Assembly: GCA_963677185.1 (NCBI GenBank)
Contig: OY781889.1
Location: 2,249,510-2,313,509, forward strand
Length of the DNA: 64,000 bases
Reading direction: 5' to 3'
Origin: Syntrophomonadaceae bacterium
GTDB taxonomy: Bacteria > Bacillota > Syntrophomonadia > Syntrophomonadales > Syntrophomonadaceae
The notes below the pieces were generated by a model. That model ran no database searches. It was not told the origin of the DNA and saw nothing but the letters and a program-made list of their open reading frames with translations. Shown piece after piece: positions 17,020-26,109 of the stretch (position 1 is the first letter of the stretch; every line of letters begins with the position of its first letter). The translations under genes and the position numbers were made by a program.

Positions 17020-18966
17020 CCTGTCTTTGACACTTGCAGAAGGCAAAAAGCCCCGCAAGCTCCTAATACAGGGGATTACGGGGTTTCCTTATGTTAATAA
17101 AAAGTGAGTAATCTTCTCTTAAGACTTAGTGACCTTAAAAATATTTTTCATCTGCCGTGTGGTCAGTATCTGGTAGTCAGTGCGGAACCCAAAAGCATCA
17201 TGAAGGCTGTCGGTAAAATCGGTTCTCGTGTAGGTCGGAACGAAGCCTTCCCCCTTAATCTCGTGAAAATTCATGTCCCGCAGACCCTGAACAATCTCGC
17301 TGCACGTGTATTGTTCCTCCAGCCGCTTTTCCAGGAGCCTGTAGACCACCAGTGCGATAAAACAGGTCATGAAATGCGCTGTTATCCGGTCATCGCGGCT
17401 AAGGTACACTGGCCTGGCTTTGAACTCGGTTTTCATGATCCGGAAGCACTCCTCAATCCGCCAGCGCCTCTTGTTTACCGCCAGAACGGTTGATGTGTCG
17501 CCATCAAGGTTGGTGCAGACCGCGTAGAACCCGTCAAAAGCCTCCTCTTTACCAATGACAGCATTGTCAATTTCATATAACGTTTTGCTGGCAAGCTCTC
17601 CTTCCGGGGTGACACTAGTCTTCTTAATAAACCGCCTATAGTCGTTTGGGTTCACCTTATTCAGCTTGCCCAAATTCGTGTCAAGGACTTTGCAGGCTCT
17701 CTCAATTTGGGCGTTCCTGACCTTGCGCTGGTAGTTTTGGTACTTGAGCGAAAAAGACACGATAAGCTTCTGTTCCAGCCCGTCTTCCACAATCCAGCGC
17801 TCCTTGTAAAAAGTCTTTTCCCAGTCCTTTTCCTCATCAAGCATATCCAGACTGTATTTTGAGCTGTCGCCAGGCAGGAGCCAGCCTTCAGGGCTTAAGG
17901 CCCATTCCTTCAGGTGCTTCTTCAGCTTCTTGACTGACTGCGTAGTTATGAAAGCACGGTCGCCCTGGTTATTGAACTGACGATTGCTATTGGAGGCGAG
18001 CCCGGCATCGGTACAGACGATAAACTTGGAGCAATTAAAATCGGACAGAATTTTTTCCTCCAGCGGCTTTAGAGTCAGCTGCTCATTAGTATTGCCTTTG
18101 CCAATATATATGGCCAGGGGTATCCCATCCCCATCCATGAAAAGTCCCATCTGGACGATGGGGTTGGGGCGATGCTCCTTGGAATAGCCGTATTGCTTGA
18201 TGCCTGACTCCTGCTCTATTTCAAAGAAATAGTTGGTGCAATCGTAATACAGCACCTTCGTATTCCGCTTTGAAACAGCCAGGCTGTTGGTGTAAAGGGA
18301 AGACTGGATAAAATCAGCCTCCTTGGCTATTATCTCCAGTGCACGGTAGATTTGGTGGAGGTCAAACGAAGGCTGCTCCATGAACTTGAAGGAATCTTGG
18401 TATGTAGAAAGCTTGGAGGAAGGGTAGATAACCCTGGCATAAACAAGCCTGGATAGGATAGAGTCCAGGTCGAAAGAGAACTTGTACTTTTTAGCGATGG
18501 TTTGGCACATTTTATCAAGCTTTAGCTCGTGATAGATCTTCTGCAGGAACAGGTAGCCGCCATTGAATGATTGCTGCTGGCCTTTGTCGATAATCTTGAC
18601 CGGGGAATACTTGACCAGGACTTCACGCTTATTCTCTTTTTCCTGCCGGTTAAGCTCCGCGATGTACTCTTTAGCCCATTCATAAGGATCTTGCCCGCCC
18701 AATTTTTCCAGGAGTCCATCATATGTGCCAAGCTTTTCCACGATCTTGGAGGAATGAACGCCATTCACATAGGTGGACCTTATTACATAAAGCGAAGCAG
18801 CATTTTTAGATTTAGTAACCTTCAACCGCATCAAAACACCTCCAATCCCTTATATTATACCACTGTACTCAACTGTACTCAATAGCAAAATGGTAAAATT
18901 GACAAAAAAATAAGCCCCTGTTGGGCTTTTCAAGGCTTTTTCTTCTATTCAACTGTCAAAGACCCG
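17020..18966 (-). mobile_element. IS1634-family insertion sequence (1947 bp) with one transposase gene and short imperfect terminal inverted repeats (CTGTCTTTGACA... / ...CTGTCAAAG).
   Basis: Bounded exactly by the 238-bp perfect direct repeats. It contains a 571-aa transposase ORF. IS1634 elements are ~1.9 kb and characteristically generate unusually long, variable-length target duplications. Confidence 0.8.
17119..18834 (-). CDS. IS1634-family (IS4-superfamily DDE) transposase.
   Basis: At 571 aa its length and organisation are typical of IS1634 transposases. An NFFEIE... region, DAGLASN, and C-terminal RRWRIEECFRIMKTEFKARPVY match the conserved DDE/YREK-region signatures. Confidence 0.85.
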   Translation of the reverse strand: MMRLKVTKSKNAASLYVIRSTYVNGVHSSKIVEKLGTYDGLLEKLGGQDPYEWAKEYIAELNRQEKENKREVLVKYSPVKIIDKGQQQSFNGGYLFLQKIYHELKLDKMCQTIAKKYKFSFDLDSILSRLVYARVIYPSSKLSTYQDSFKFMEQPSFDLHQIYRALEIIAKEADFIQSSLYTNSLAVSKRNTKVLYYDCTNYFFEIEQESGIKQYGYSKEHRPNPIVQMGLFMDGDGIPLAIYIGKGNTNEQLTLKPLEEKILSDFNCSKFIVCTDAGLASNSNRQFNNQGDRAFITTQSVKKLKKHLKEWALSPEGWLLPGDSSKYSLDMLDEEKDWEKTFYKERWIVEDGLEQKLIVSFSLKYQNYQRKVRNAQIERACKVLDTNLGKLNKVNPNDYRRFIKKTSVTPEGELASKTLYEIDNAVIGKEEAFDGFYAVCTNLDGDTSTVLAVNKRRWRIEECFRIMKTEFKARPVYLSRDDRITAHFMTCFIALVVYRLLEKRLEEQYTCSEIVQGLRDMNFHEIKGEGFVPTYTRTDFTDSLHDAFGFRTDYQILTTRQMKNIFKVTKS

Positions 18967-19204
18967 CGCGAACCTGGCCACGGATGGCCAGTTGGAGCGG
19001 TACCGGCTGACTGGGGAGACGAGAAGCATAGTCTTCTTTTGAGGAGGCCTGGAACGAGCCAAGTCCCATAGCAGCGGAATCCAAAACATTTTGCATGTAT
19101 TATCATCAAACACAAATTTAATAAATTCAGCGGGAGTTACCCACGAAGAGTTGACACGGCCGCCAAAATAAGGTTAACAGGCATTAAAAATGCGCTTGTA
19201 CTAT
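18967..19204. repeat. Right copy of the 238-bp target-site duplication. It carries the putative promoter (TTGACA ... TAAGGT) of the downstream QueG-like gene.
   Basis: Identical to 16782..17019. A TTGACA at 19151 lies ~90 bp upstream of the ATG at 19242. Confidence 0.8.
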
Positions 19205-19241
19205 AATAGAAATCAAAAGCCGGCTGGCTGGGAAAGAGTGG

Positions 19242-19961
19242 ATGAAAGCTGTGACAAGTCTTAACATGGAAATCCGTCAACTGTTGAAGGAAAAGGGAGT
19301 AAGCCTGGTGGGCTTTGGCGACTTGCAGGCCTTGCCAGCCAGTGAACGCTGTGATTTGCCCTATGGCGTTTCTCTGGCCATCGCACTGGATCCTGAAGCT
19401 GTAAAAGGCATTAAGCAAGGACCTACAATGGCGTACTGGAAGGAGTACCAGCGCCTTAATGAACTTCTGGATGCGGCTGATGAAAGCCTGGCCGAATTTA
19501 TCCGCATGCGCGGCTTCCAGGCTATGCCTCTCACCCGCTCGTACATGACCTGGGATCGTGAACAATACCAGACATTTCTGCCGCACAAAACGGTTGCCAC
19601 TCGCGCTGGACTTGGTTGGATTGGCAAGTGCGCTTTGCTTATAACCTGGACCCACGGCCCCATGGTCAGGATATCATCGGTGTTGACCGACGCTCCTTTG
19701 GATACCGCCCGTCCGGTTAACGAATCGTTGTGCGGGAATTGCAATGTCTGTGTACTGGCCTGCCCGGGTAAAGCAGTCAGCGGTAATCTCTGGGAACCGG
19801 GAATGAAGCGGGAAGAGTTCTTTGACGCCTTTGCCTGCGCCCGGACCTGTGAATCACTATGTAAAAGCGCCGGCATTGAAGATTCTATTTGCGGCCGCTG
19901 CATTTATGTCTGCCCCTATACTAAAGAGTATATGAAATCACAACATCTGGTTATGGAATAA
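19242..19961 (+). CDS. QueG-like (epoxyqueuosine-reductase-related) Fe-S protein, paralog of 4833..5591.
   Basis: ATRAGLGWIGKCALLIT resembles QueG AERAGIGFSAKNCMITT. CGNCNVCVLACPGKA is a 4Fe-4S motif. The protein is 239 aa, with no HEAT domain. Confidence 0.65.
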   Translation: MKAVTSLNMEIRQLLKEKGVSLVGFGDLQALPASERCDLPYGVSLAIALDPEAVKGIKQGPTMAYWKEYQRLNELLDAADESLAEFIRMRGFQAMPLTRSYMTWDREQYQTFLPHKTVATRAGLGWIGKCALLITWTHGPMVRISSVLTDAPLDTARPVNESLCGNCNVCVLACPGKAVSGNLWEPGMKREEFFDAFACARTCESLCKSAGIEDSICGRCIYVCPYTKEYMKSQHLVME

Positions 19962-20215
19962 CATATACCGAAATAAGTGTTGGTTATTTTGATACGGTGC
20001 CAGGCTGACGCTGGCCCGAGCTTAAATTAATATGCCCGGACTGATCCGGATATGATAATGGTTCTGAAACGAAGGCTCAACAGCCTGCGCGCCAGAACCA
20101 TTATTTATTAAGAGAGCACGCCTGGCATAATGCTTTAAGGGTGTTGCGCAATGTAAGCAATAATAGACAATGTGCAATATAAAACGTATGATGAACGTGA
20201 AAGGAGCTGTCCTGT

Positions 20216-20416
20216 TTGAAAAATAAAAAGATGAAGATCGCGCGTATAGAATCTGATGTATCCCAGGAACAATTAGCCGAAATCGTTGGAGTGACCAGAC
20301 AGACAATCGGCTTGATTGAGTCTGGCAAATATAACCCAAGCTTGAATTTATGCATTGAGATCTGCAGGGCGCTAAATAAAACACTGAACGATTTATTTTG
20401 GGGGAATGAGGAATGA
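20216..20416 (+). CDS. XRE-family helix-turn-helix transcriptional regulator (66 aa).
   Basis: SQEQLAEIVGVTRQTIGLIESGKYNPSL is a canonical XRE HTH. TTG start 9 nt after AGGAG. Confidence 0.75.
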   Translation: MKNKKMKIARIESDVSQEQLAEIVGVTRQTIGLIESGKYNPSLNLCIEICRALNKTLNDLFWGNEE

Positions 20417-20648
20417 ATAATGATCGATGCCGTCTTGGTTTAGAAGTACATTTGTGCTAGGATTATGCAAGGAAAATGGTTGAAAACTGGTAAAAACTTT
20501 GCACTTGAGATGAAATTTTGATACTTCAAGCCTGGATTGAAAAGGACGTATTGTTTGTTCCGGAATAATATGTAAGGTTTTTTCGCTTAACACCATAATC
20601 GGTGTCACTTGTTACCGTTTACTGTTTACTGCAGGAGGGATAGGTTAC

Positions 20649-21377
20649 ATGAATGATGAATATCCGATAGTTGAAACAGGAGAAGTTGAATTACAGGACG
20701 TCAAAACGGAGGGCATGTCCTTTGGCGCCCGGGTAATCGGCGTGCTGGTTTCTCCGTTTGAAACCATGCAGGATCTGGCAGAACGCCCGCGCATATTGTT
20801 TCCAATTGTCTTGATGGCCCTGGCTACTCCGTTGATGTTTTTAAGCCGTTATTCGCTCTATGAGTCATATCTGCTCAAGACTATGAACAGCGCCATGAGC
20901 GTTCAAAATGTGCAAATGCCGGCGGGACAGTTAGAGGCTATGATGGAATGGCTGCCCATGGTTAGTATCATTAGCGCGCCTTTCGGAGCCCTGCTCAGCT
21001 GGCTGGTTGTAACCGGGATTATTTTTGGCCTGGTGAAGGCCTTTAAGGGAGCCGGCTCTTTCAAACAATACCTTTCGGTAACCGGCTACGCCTATGTCAT
21101 TACAGCCCTTTTCTGCCTGGTCAGCGTTATTGTATCCTTCTTCAGCGGGGAGATCATTTTTAACAGTTCCCTGGCGGTTGTGGTTCCTGGCTTGAAAGGA
21201 AGCTATCTGTACGGGATATTGCGCAGCATAGAGCTGTTCGCACTTTGGAATTTTATTGTCACCGGTATAGGGGTTTTTGTGGTCAGCAAGCTGTCCTGGC
21301 AAAAAGCTGCCATTATAGTAGGCGGCATATATGTAGTCAATATATTGATATCAGCCTATTCCGCCCGGTCAATATAG
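20649..21377 (+). CDS. Yip1-domain polytopic membrane protein (YknW-like).
   Basis: Five predicted TM helices. The N-terminal FGARVIGVLVSPFETMQDLAERP matches the bacterial Yip1 family. It sits immediately upstream of an ABC ATPase / HlyD / FtsX-permease trio, as in B. subtilis yknWXYZ. Confidence 0.55.
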   Translation: MNDEYPIVETGEVELQDVKTEGMSFGARVIGVLVSPFETMQDLAERPRILFPIVLMALATPLMFLSRYSLYESYLLKTMNSAMSVQNVQMPAGQLEAMMEWLPMVSIISAPFGALLSWLVVTGIIFGLVKAFKGAGSFKQYLSVTGYAYVITALFCLVSVIVSFFSGEIIFNSSLAVVVPGLKGSYLYGILRSIELFALWNFIVTGIGVFVVSKLSWQKAAIIVGGIYVVNILISAYSARSI

Positions 21378-21486
21378 AGGGTGCGTACAGTACAATAAGA
21401 CGGTGGCCCAAGCCCAGATCCGGGGGAAGCCCCGGAGCGCTGCAGGTTCACGAGCAAATCAACAGTCCGGCTGTGAAGGAACATAT

Positions 21487-22173
21487 ATGGAAATCATCAA
21501 CATTACTGACTTGACCAAGGTGTACGACACCGGCAAAGTGAAGGTCGAAGCCTTGCGAAACATTTACTTCAAGGTTGAAGAGGGCGAGTTTACAGCCGTA
21601 ATGGGTCCGTCCGGTTCTGGCAAATCGACGCTTATGAATATAATCGGTTGCCTGGACAGGCTTACCAGCGGCAGTTATGTTCTGGAGGGCAGCGATGTTT
21701 CCTCTATATCAGAGGCGGAAATTACCAGGGTAAGGAACCGGAAAATTGGTTTCGTTTTCCAGTCCTTCAACCTTTTACCTCGAATGAATGCACTCAAGAA
21801 TGTTGAACTGCCCATGGTATATATGGGTGTTTCCAAAGAGGAAAGGTTGCGGCGTGCTCTGGCAGCCATTGAAAGGGTTCAGCTCTCGGATCGCCTGCAG
21901 CATTTCCCCAACGAATTGTCCGGCGGGCAGAAACAGCGTCTGGCCATTGCCCGAGCTCTGGTGGGCAATCCCGCCATCATTCTGGCTGATGAACCGACCG
22001 GCAATCTGGACAGTACTACCAGCATGGATATAATGTCTCTGATGAGCGAGCTTAACCAGGAGGGCGCCACCATCATTCTGGTTACCCACGAGGCTGATGT
22101 AGCCGCTTTTGCCCGCAGGGTAATCACTTTACGCGATGGGCTCATTGTATCCGACAGCAGGAATTCCATATGA
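21487..22173 (+). CDS. ABC transporter ATP-binding protein (MacB/LolD/YknY-type).
   Basis: Walker A GPSGSGKST. Signature LSGGQKQR. Walker B ILADEPTGNLD. Start placed at MEIINITDL. Confidence 0.85.
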   Translation: MEIINITDLTKVYDTGKVKVEALRNIYFKVEEGEFTAVMGPSGSGKSTLMNIIGCLDRLTSGSYVLEGSDVSSISEAEITRVRNRKIGFVFQSFNLLPRMNALKNVELPMVYMGVSKEERLRRALAAIERVQLSDRLQHFPNELSGGQKQRLAIARALVGNPAIILADEPTGNLDSTTSMDIMSLMSELNQEGATIILVTHEADVAAFARRVITLRDGLIVSDSRNSI

Positions 22174-22228
22174 TAATATCGGGGAAATTGCGAATAATTA
22201 TCTGAAAACCGGATTTTGCCATCAATGA

Positions 22229-23587
22229 TTGAGCAACGAGAGGGAATTTGAAGTGACTAAATTATCAAAACAAAAGATCGCCGTCGGAAGTGTTGTTATT
22301 GTTCTTATTGCGGGACTGGCTGCTGTTAACATTATTCAGAGCCAATCGGGCAGCCTGTGGAATACCGGTCCGGTTATAGATGTTGAAGCCAGGGCCGTGG
22401 AAAAGGCCGATATTAGTTCGGAAGTCGTAGCCAGCGGGGTAGCCGAGCTGGCCGTACAAGAAGAAGTATATCTTGAAGCCGGCATCAAGGTTAGGGAAGT
22501 GCTGGTAGACGCATTTGACCGGGTCCAGGAAGGCCAGCAGATTATGGTGCTGGATCTCGACGATCTATACATACAACTGGAGAAAGAGCGGATCAGCATG
22601 CAGATTCAGCAATATACTTATGAGCAGAGCGCCGGCCTGGAAGATGGCCAATCGATAGGTGACCTGGAAAGTGCCCGCATGCTGGCCGAGAATACGGTGA
22701 AATCCAGCCAGCTCGGCCTGGATGAGGCCAAAGCCAATTTTGAAAGAATTCAAACCCTGTATTCGGCAGGAGGAGTTTCCCGGGTCGAGCTGGAGGCTGC
22801 TCAGAAAAAGCTGGATGATGCACAAATAACCTATGAAAATGCCGTTATTCGTCTGGCCAATGCGATAAATTCGGAAAATGCGGGTACAGGTATTCAAAGC
22901 GCCAATGTAGCTGCCAGCCAGTTGCGGGTAGAGGAGCTGGAACGGAAAATAAGCAAGGCCGAAGCGTCGCAGTATGCGACAAGCGCCGGGATTGTTACGG
23001 CGGTCAACGCCAAAGACGGAGAAATGGCGGCAGGAACGGGGCCCAGCGTTATAATATCAGACTTTAATTCGCTGCAGATCCGAGCCAACGTGAATGAGGC
23101 TGATAAGAACCTGGTTAAAATCGGGCAGGATGTATCAATAACCAGCGACGCCATAGATAAAAGCTCTGCAATTAACGGCACGGTTAAGAAGATTGCGCTG
23201 CTGGCCAAGACTCTGGAAACCACCACCGGCAAGGAAAAAATATTTGAGACCGAGATAAATATTCAGGATGCGATGAAATACTTGAATGTTTTGAGTCCGG
23301 GGCAGAATGTCGACTGTTCAATAAACACTGGCATGTCATCCGATGCGCTGGTATGTTCATATGACATGATAATCGAGGGCAAAGACGAAGAAAAATATGT
23401 ATTTGTTATTGATGAAAAGCAGCAGACCGTGGCCAAGCGGGTGGTTAAACTGGGCATGATAGCCGACCTGGAAGCCGAGGTTTTAGACGGGCTGTCGGAA
23501 GGCGATGTGGTCGTGGTTAATCCCCCCTTGAATCTCAAGGACGGCTCGCGGATTAAGATAACCGTTCCCGGGGAAGCCTCTGAATAG
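22229..23587 (+). CDS. HlyD/MacA-type periplasmic adaptor (membrane-fusion) protein, YknX-like.
   Basis: N-terminal TM anchor, a long coiled-coil segment, a beta-barrel, and a C-terminal membrane-proximal domain. Confidence 0.75.
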   Translation: MSNEREFEVTKLSKQKIAVGSVVIVLIAGLAAVNIIQSQSGSLWNTGPVIDVEARAVEKADISSEVVASGVAELAVQEEVYLEAGIKVREVLVDAFDRVQEGQQIMVLDLDDLYIQLEKERISMQIQQYTYEQSAGLEDGQSIGDLESARMLAENTVKSSQLGLDEAKANFERIQTLYSAGGVSRVELEAAQKKLDDAQITYENAVIRLANAINSENAGTGIQSANVAASQLRVEELERKISKAEASQYATSAGIVTAVNAKDGEMAAGTGPSVIISDFNSLQIRANVNEADKNLVKIGQDVSITSDAIDKSSAINGTVKKIALLAKTLETTTGKEKIFETEINIQDAMKYLNVLSPGQNVDCSINTGMSSDALVCSYDMIIEGKDEEKYVFVIDEKQQTVAKRVVKLGMIADLEAEVLDGLSEGDVVVVNPPLNLKDGSRIKITVPGEASE

Positions 23588-23654
23588 GTTAAGCCTCCCA
23601 TTGAATCCATAAAGTATAAAACGGTGGCCCCGCATGCCGGAAAAGGATGCCTTT

Positions 23655-24863
23655 ATGTTTACTGAAAACCTGGCCCAGGCTTTTACCAGCCTCAAAGCCA
23701 ATAAACTACGTTCAATTCTTACGATGCTGGGAGTAGTGATGGGCGTTTTCTCCATCATTACGATTTTAGCCATCGGTAATGCCGCTCAAAAATACATTGA
23801 TGCGCAATTCGAACAGTTGGGAGCCAACATTATCTCTGTCCAGGAACGCACCAAATCACCCGATTCAGCTGATTGGCTGAAACTTGAAGATATAGAAATG
23901 ATTAAATCCATGGTCCCCAACCTCAAAAACATTCATGGCTTTGTTCAACAGGTGGGAGAAATAAGGATAAGCAGCAAAAAGTCTCAGCAGGTCTACATTG
24001 TTGGAATACAGCCTCAATACCGCAACTTTGAAGCTCTGGAGCTTTCTTCGGGACGTTTTATCAAGGAAAACGACCTGGAAGCCAATAACAGGGTGGTTCT
24101 GGTCCAGGACAAGTTTGCCAGGAGGTATTATAACACCGCAGATATTGACGGCGAAGTCATTACCTACATAGATCAAAAGGGCAGCATCGCCAAGTTAAAG
24201 GTGGTTGGCGTGATTAAAACCAAGCCCGGAATTTTTGGCGATTCGCTGGATGAATACATGCCGGCGATAATGTATGTGCCTTTAACCACCGCCCAGAATC
24301 TGAATGGTTCCAAACGCCTGGACGGCATCGAACTGGCAATTGACGACCCCAAGGCCGATTTGACCAGAATAGGGCAGCAACTGGTCAAAGCCCTGGAATT
24401 CAAACATAAGAATGAAGACAAATACTTGATTCAAAATACGGCAGATATACAGGCTTCTTTCGGTGAGATAACAATGGTAATTTCCCTGGTCTTTCTGGCC
24501 ATTGCCATTATTACCCTTATAGTAGGCGGAATCGGCATTATAAACATTCTGCTGGTATCGGTGAAGGAACGCACCAGGGAGATTGGGATTCGCAGGGCAT
24601 TGGGAGCTGCTAAACGCGATATAGTCATGCAGTTCCTGGCCGAATCCATTATTTTAACTGGTATAAGCGGGGTTTTGGGTATTGTTATTGGAATTGCAGC
24701 CGGCCTGATTATTTCCAATGCCATTAATATTCCACCGGTAGTGGACATCAAGATTTCTATCCTGGCATTTATAGGCTCAATATTGCTGGGGGTGCTTTTC
24801 GGAGTGTACCCGGCCAAAAAGGCCGCTGATCTTGATCCTATAGAAGCCCTGCGCTATGAATAA
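23655..24863 (+). CDS. ABC transporter permease, FtsX/MacB-type (YknZ-like).
   Basis: LKANKLRSILTMLGVVMGVFSIITILA at the N-terminus, a large periplasmic domain, and the C-terminal FtsX four-helix region ending in DPIEALRYE. An upstream ATG at 23634 is an alternative start. Confidence 0.75.
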   Translation: MFTENLAQAFTSLKANKLRSILTMLGVVMGVFSIITILAIGNAAQKYIDAQFEQLGANIISVQERTKSPDSADWLKLEDIEMIKSMVPNLKNIHGFVQQVGEIRISSKKSQQVYIVGIQPQYRNFEALELSSGRFIKENDLEANNRVVLVQDKFARRYYNTADIDGEVITYIDQKGSIAKLKVVGVIKTKPGIFGDSLDEYMPAIMYVPLTTAQNLNGSKRLDGIELAIDDPKADLTRIGQQLVKALEFKHKNEDKYLIQNTADIQASFGEITMVISLVFLAIAIITLIVGGIGIINILLVSVKERTREIGIRRALGAAKRDIVMQFLAESIILTGISGVLGIVIGIAAGLIISNAINIPPVVDIKISILAFIGSILLGVLFGVYPAKKAADLDPIEALRYE

Positions 24864-25005
24864 GCCACGTTCAAAATGATATAATTATAGAACATGTCTC
24901 ATTAACCATCCGGTGTATGGAAGGCCGGAAGATTTATCTCGCATGGTTTTTCTGCAGCCAGGTCATTATTAATAGCTGAATGGAAAAGAAAAAGGGGGGG
25001 GCCGA

Positions 25006-26034
25006 ATGAAGAAAAGATTCCTGGTGACGGTAATGGTGTTGTTGATGATCACAGCATTCTCAACAGCTGCCCTGGGTCTTGAATCACAGGAACAAGATGC
25101 AATCAGGGTATTTGTGGATGGAGAACAGCTAGTATTCGATGTTCAGCCCATAGCCACCAGCGAAAGGGTACTGGCTCCGATGGGGCCTGTCCTGGACAGC
25201 CTGGGCTACGTTCTGGACTGGGAGCCGCTTACGATGACCGCATCGGCGAAATACCTGGATCAAATTGAAATCGTGCATGTCATCGGCACTGACATTGTAT
25301 ATGTCAATGGAGAGGCTCGGCGGATGGATGTAGCTTCTCTGGCAATGGATGGCCGCACCATGGTCCCATTGCGCTTTTTTTCGGAAATCCTAAATTATAG
25401 TGTCGAATGGAATGGTGCGGAAAATGCCGCTTATATTGATACCGGCGCTCCGCTTGCTCCACCCAGCGGCCAGCTGAACGCATCCAGCTATTTTCCTATG
25501 ACTCAAGGTAACAGCTGGGATCTGAGCAACGGAGGATTCGAAAATTCGGGTTTCAAGGAAAACGTTTCATGGGGTTCGGGCCCCTATTATCAGACCTGGT
25601 GGGAGGTTCCGGGAATTAGCCAGGATGTGAAGGTCTATGAAATCCAGCCGGATATGGTTAAAATAATTTTTCGGGAACAGGAAGAACCGCCTAATCCCAG
25701 TCTTCCCATGGAACACTGGGCCACTATGTGCGTGTTTCAACAGGAGGGCTTCACTGCTAATGTCAGCCAGGTAGTACTGCAGGGGCCGATTGCACCGGGA
25801 ACCGAGTGGTCAGACGATTATGACAGCTGCACTATAGTGTCGGTTGATGAAATCGTGGAAACTCCGGCCGGGACCTTCGATGGCTGTGTCAAGGTGGAAC
25901 GGGTCAGCTCCAGCAGCGATACGGTCATATTTGACTACTATTCTCCCGGCGTCGGACCAGTGAAACGGGACTACGTTATGGATGGCCAGCCTTCATACGC
26001 GTCTTCGCTGCTCGAAGCCTACACGGTCAAATAA
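25006..26034 (+). CDS. Secreted protein with a copper-amine-oxidase N-terminal-like (stalk) domain.
   Basis: Signal peptide MKKRFLVTVMVLLMITAFSTAA. The RVLAPMGPVLDSLGYVLDWEP repeat is typical of CuAO-N domain cell-wall proteins of Clostridia. A G8 tract overlaps its RBS. Confidence 0.6.
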   Translation: MKKRFLVTVMVLLMITAFSTAALGLESQEQDAIRVFVDGEQLVFDVQPIATSERVLAPMGPVLDSLGYVLDWEPLTMTASAKYLDQIEIVHVIGTDIVYVNGEARRMDVASLAMDGRTMVPLRFFSEILNYSVEWNGAENAAYIDTGAPLAPPSGQLNASSYFPMTQGNSWDLSNGGFENSGFKENVSWGSGPYYQTWWEVPGISQDVKVYEIQPDMVKIIFREQEEPPNPSLPMEHWATMCVFQQEGFTANVSQVVLQGPIAPGTEWSDDYDSCTIVSVDEIVETPAGTFDGCVKVERVSSSSDTVIFDYYSPGVGPVKRDYVMDGQPSYASSLLEAYTVK

Positions 26035-26109
26035 CAACCGCAAAATAAAACAGACCGGAGAGCTAACTGCTCCGGTCTGTTTTTTTAACCTGAAGATTTC
26101 ATTATTAAA

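Noticed and set aside
18571-18885. Plus-strand ORFs inside the IS element.
   Set aside because: They are antisense to the transposase gene and cross the IS end. They are spurious.
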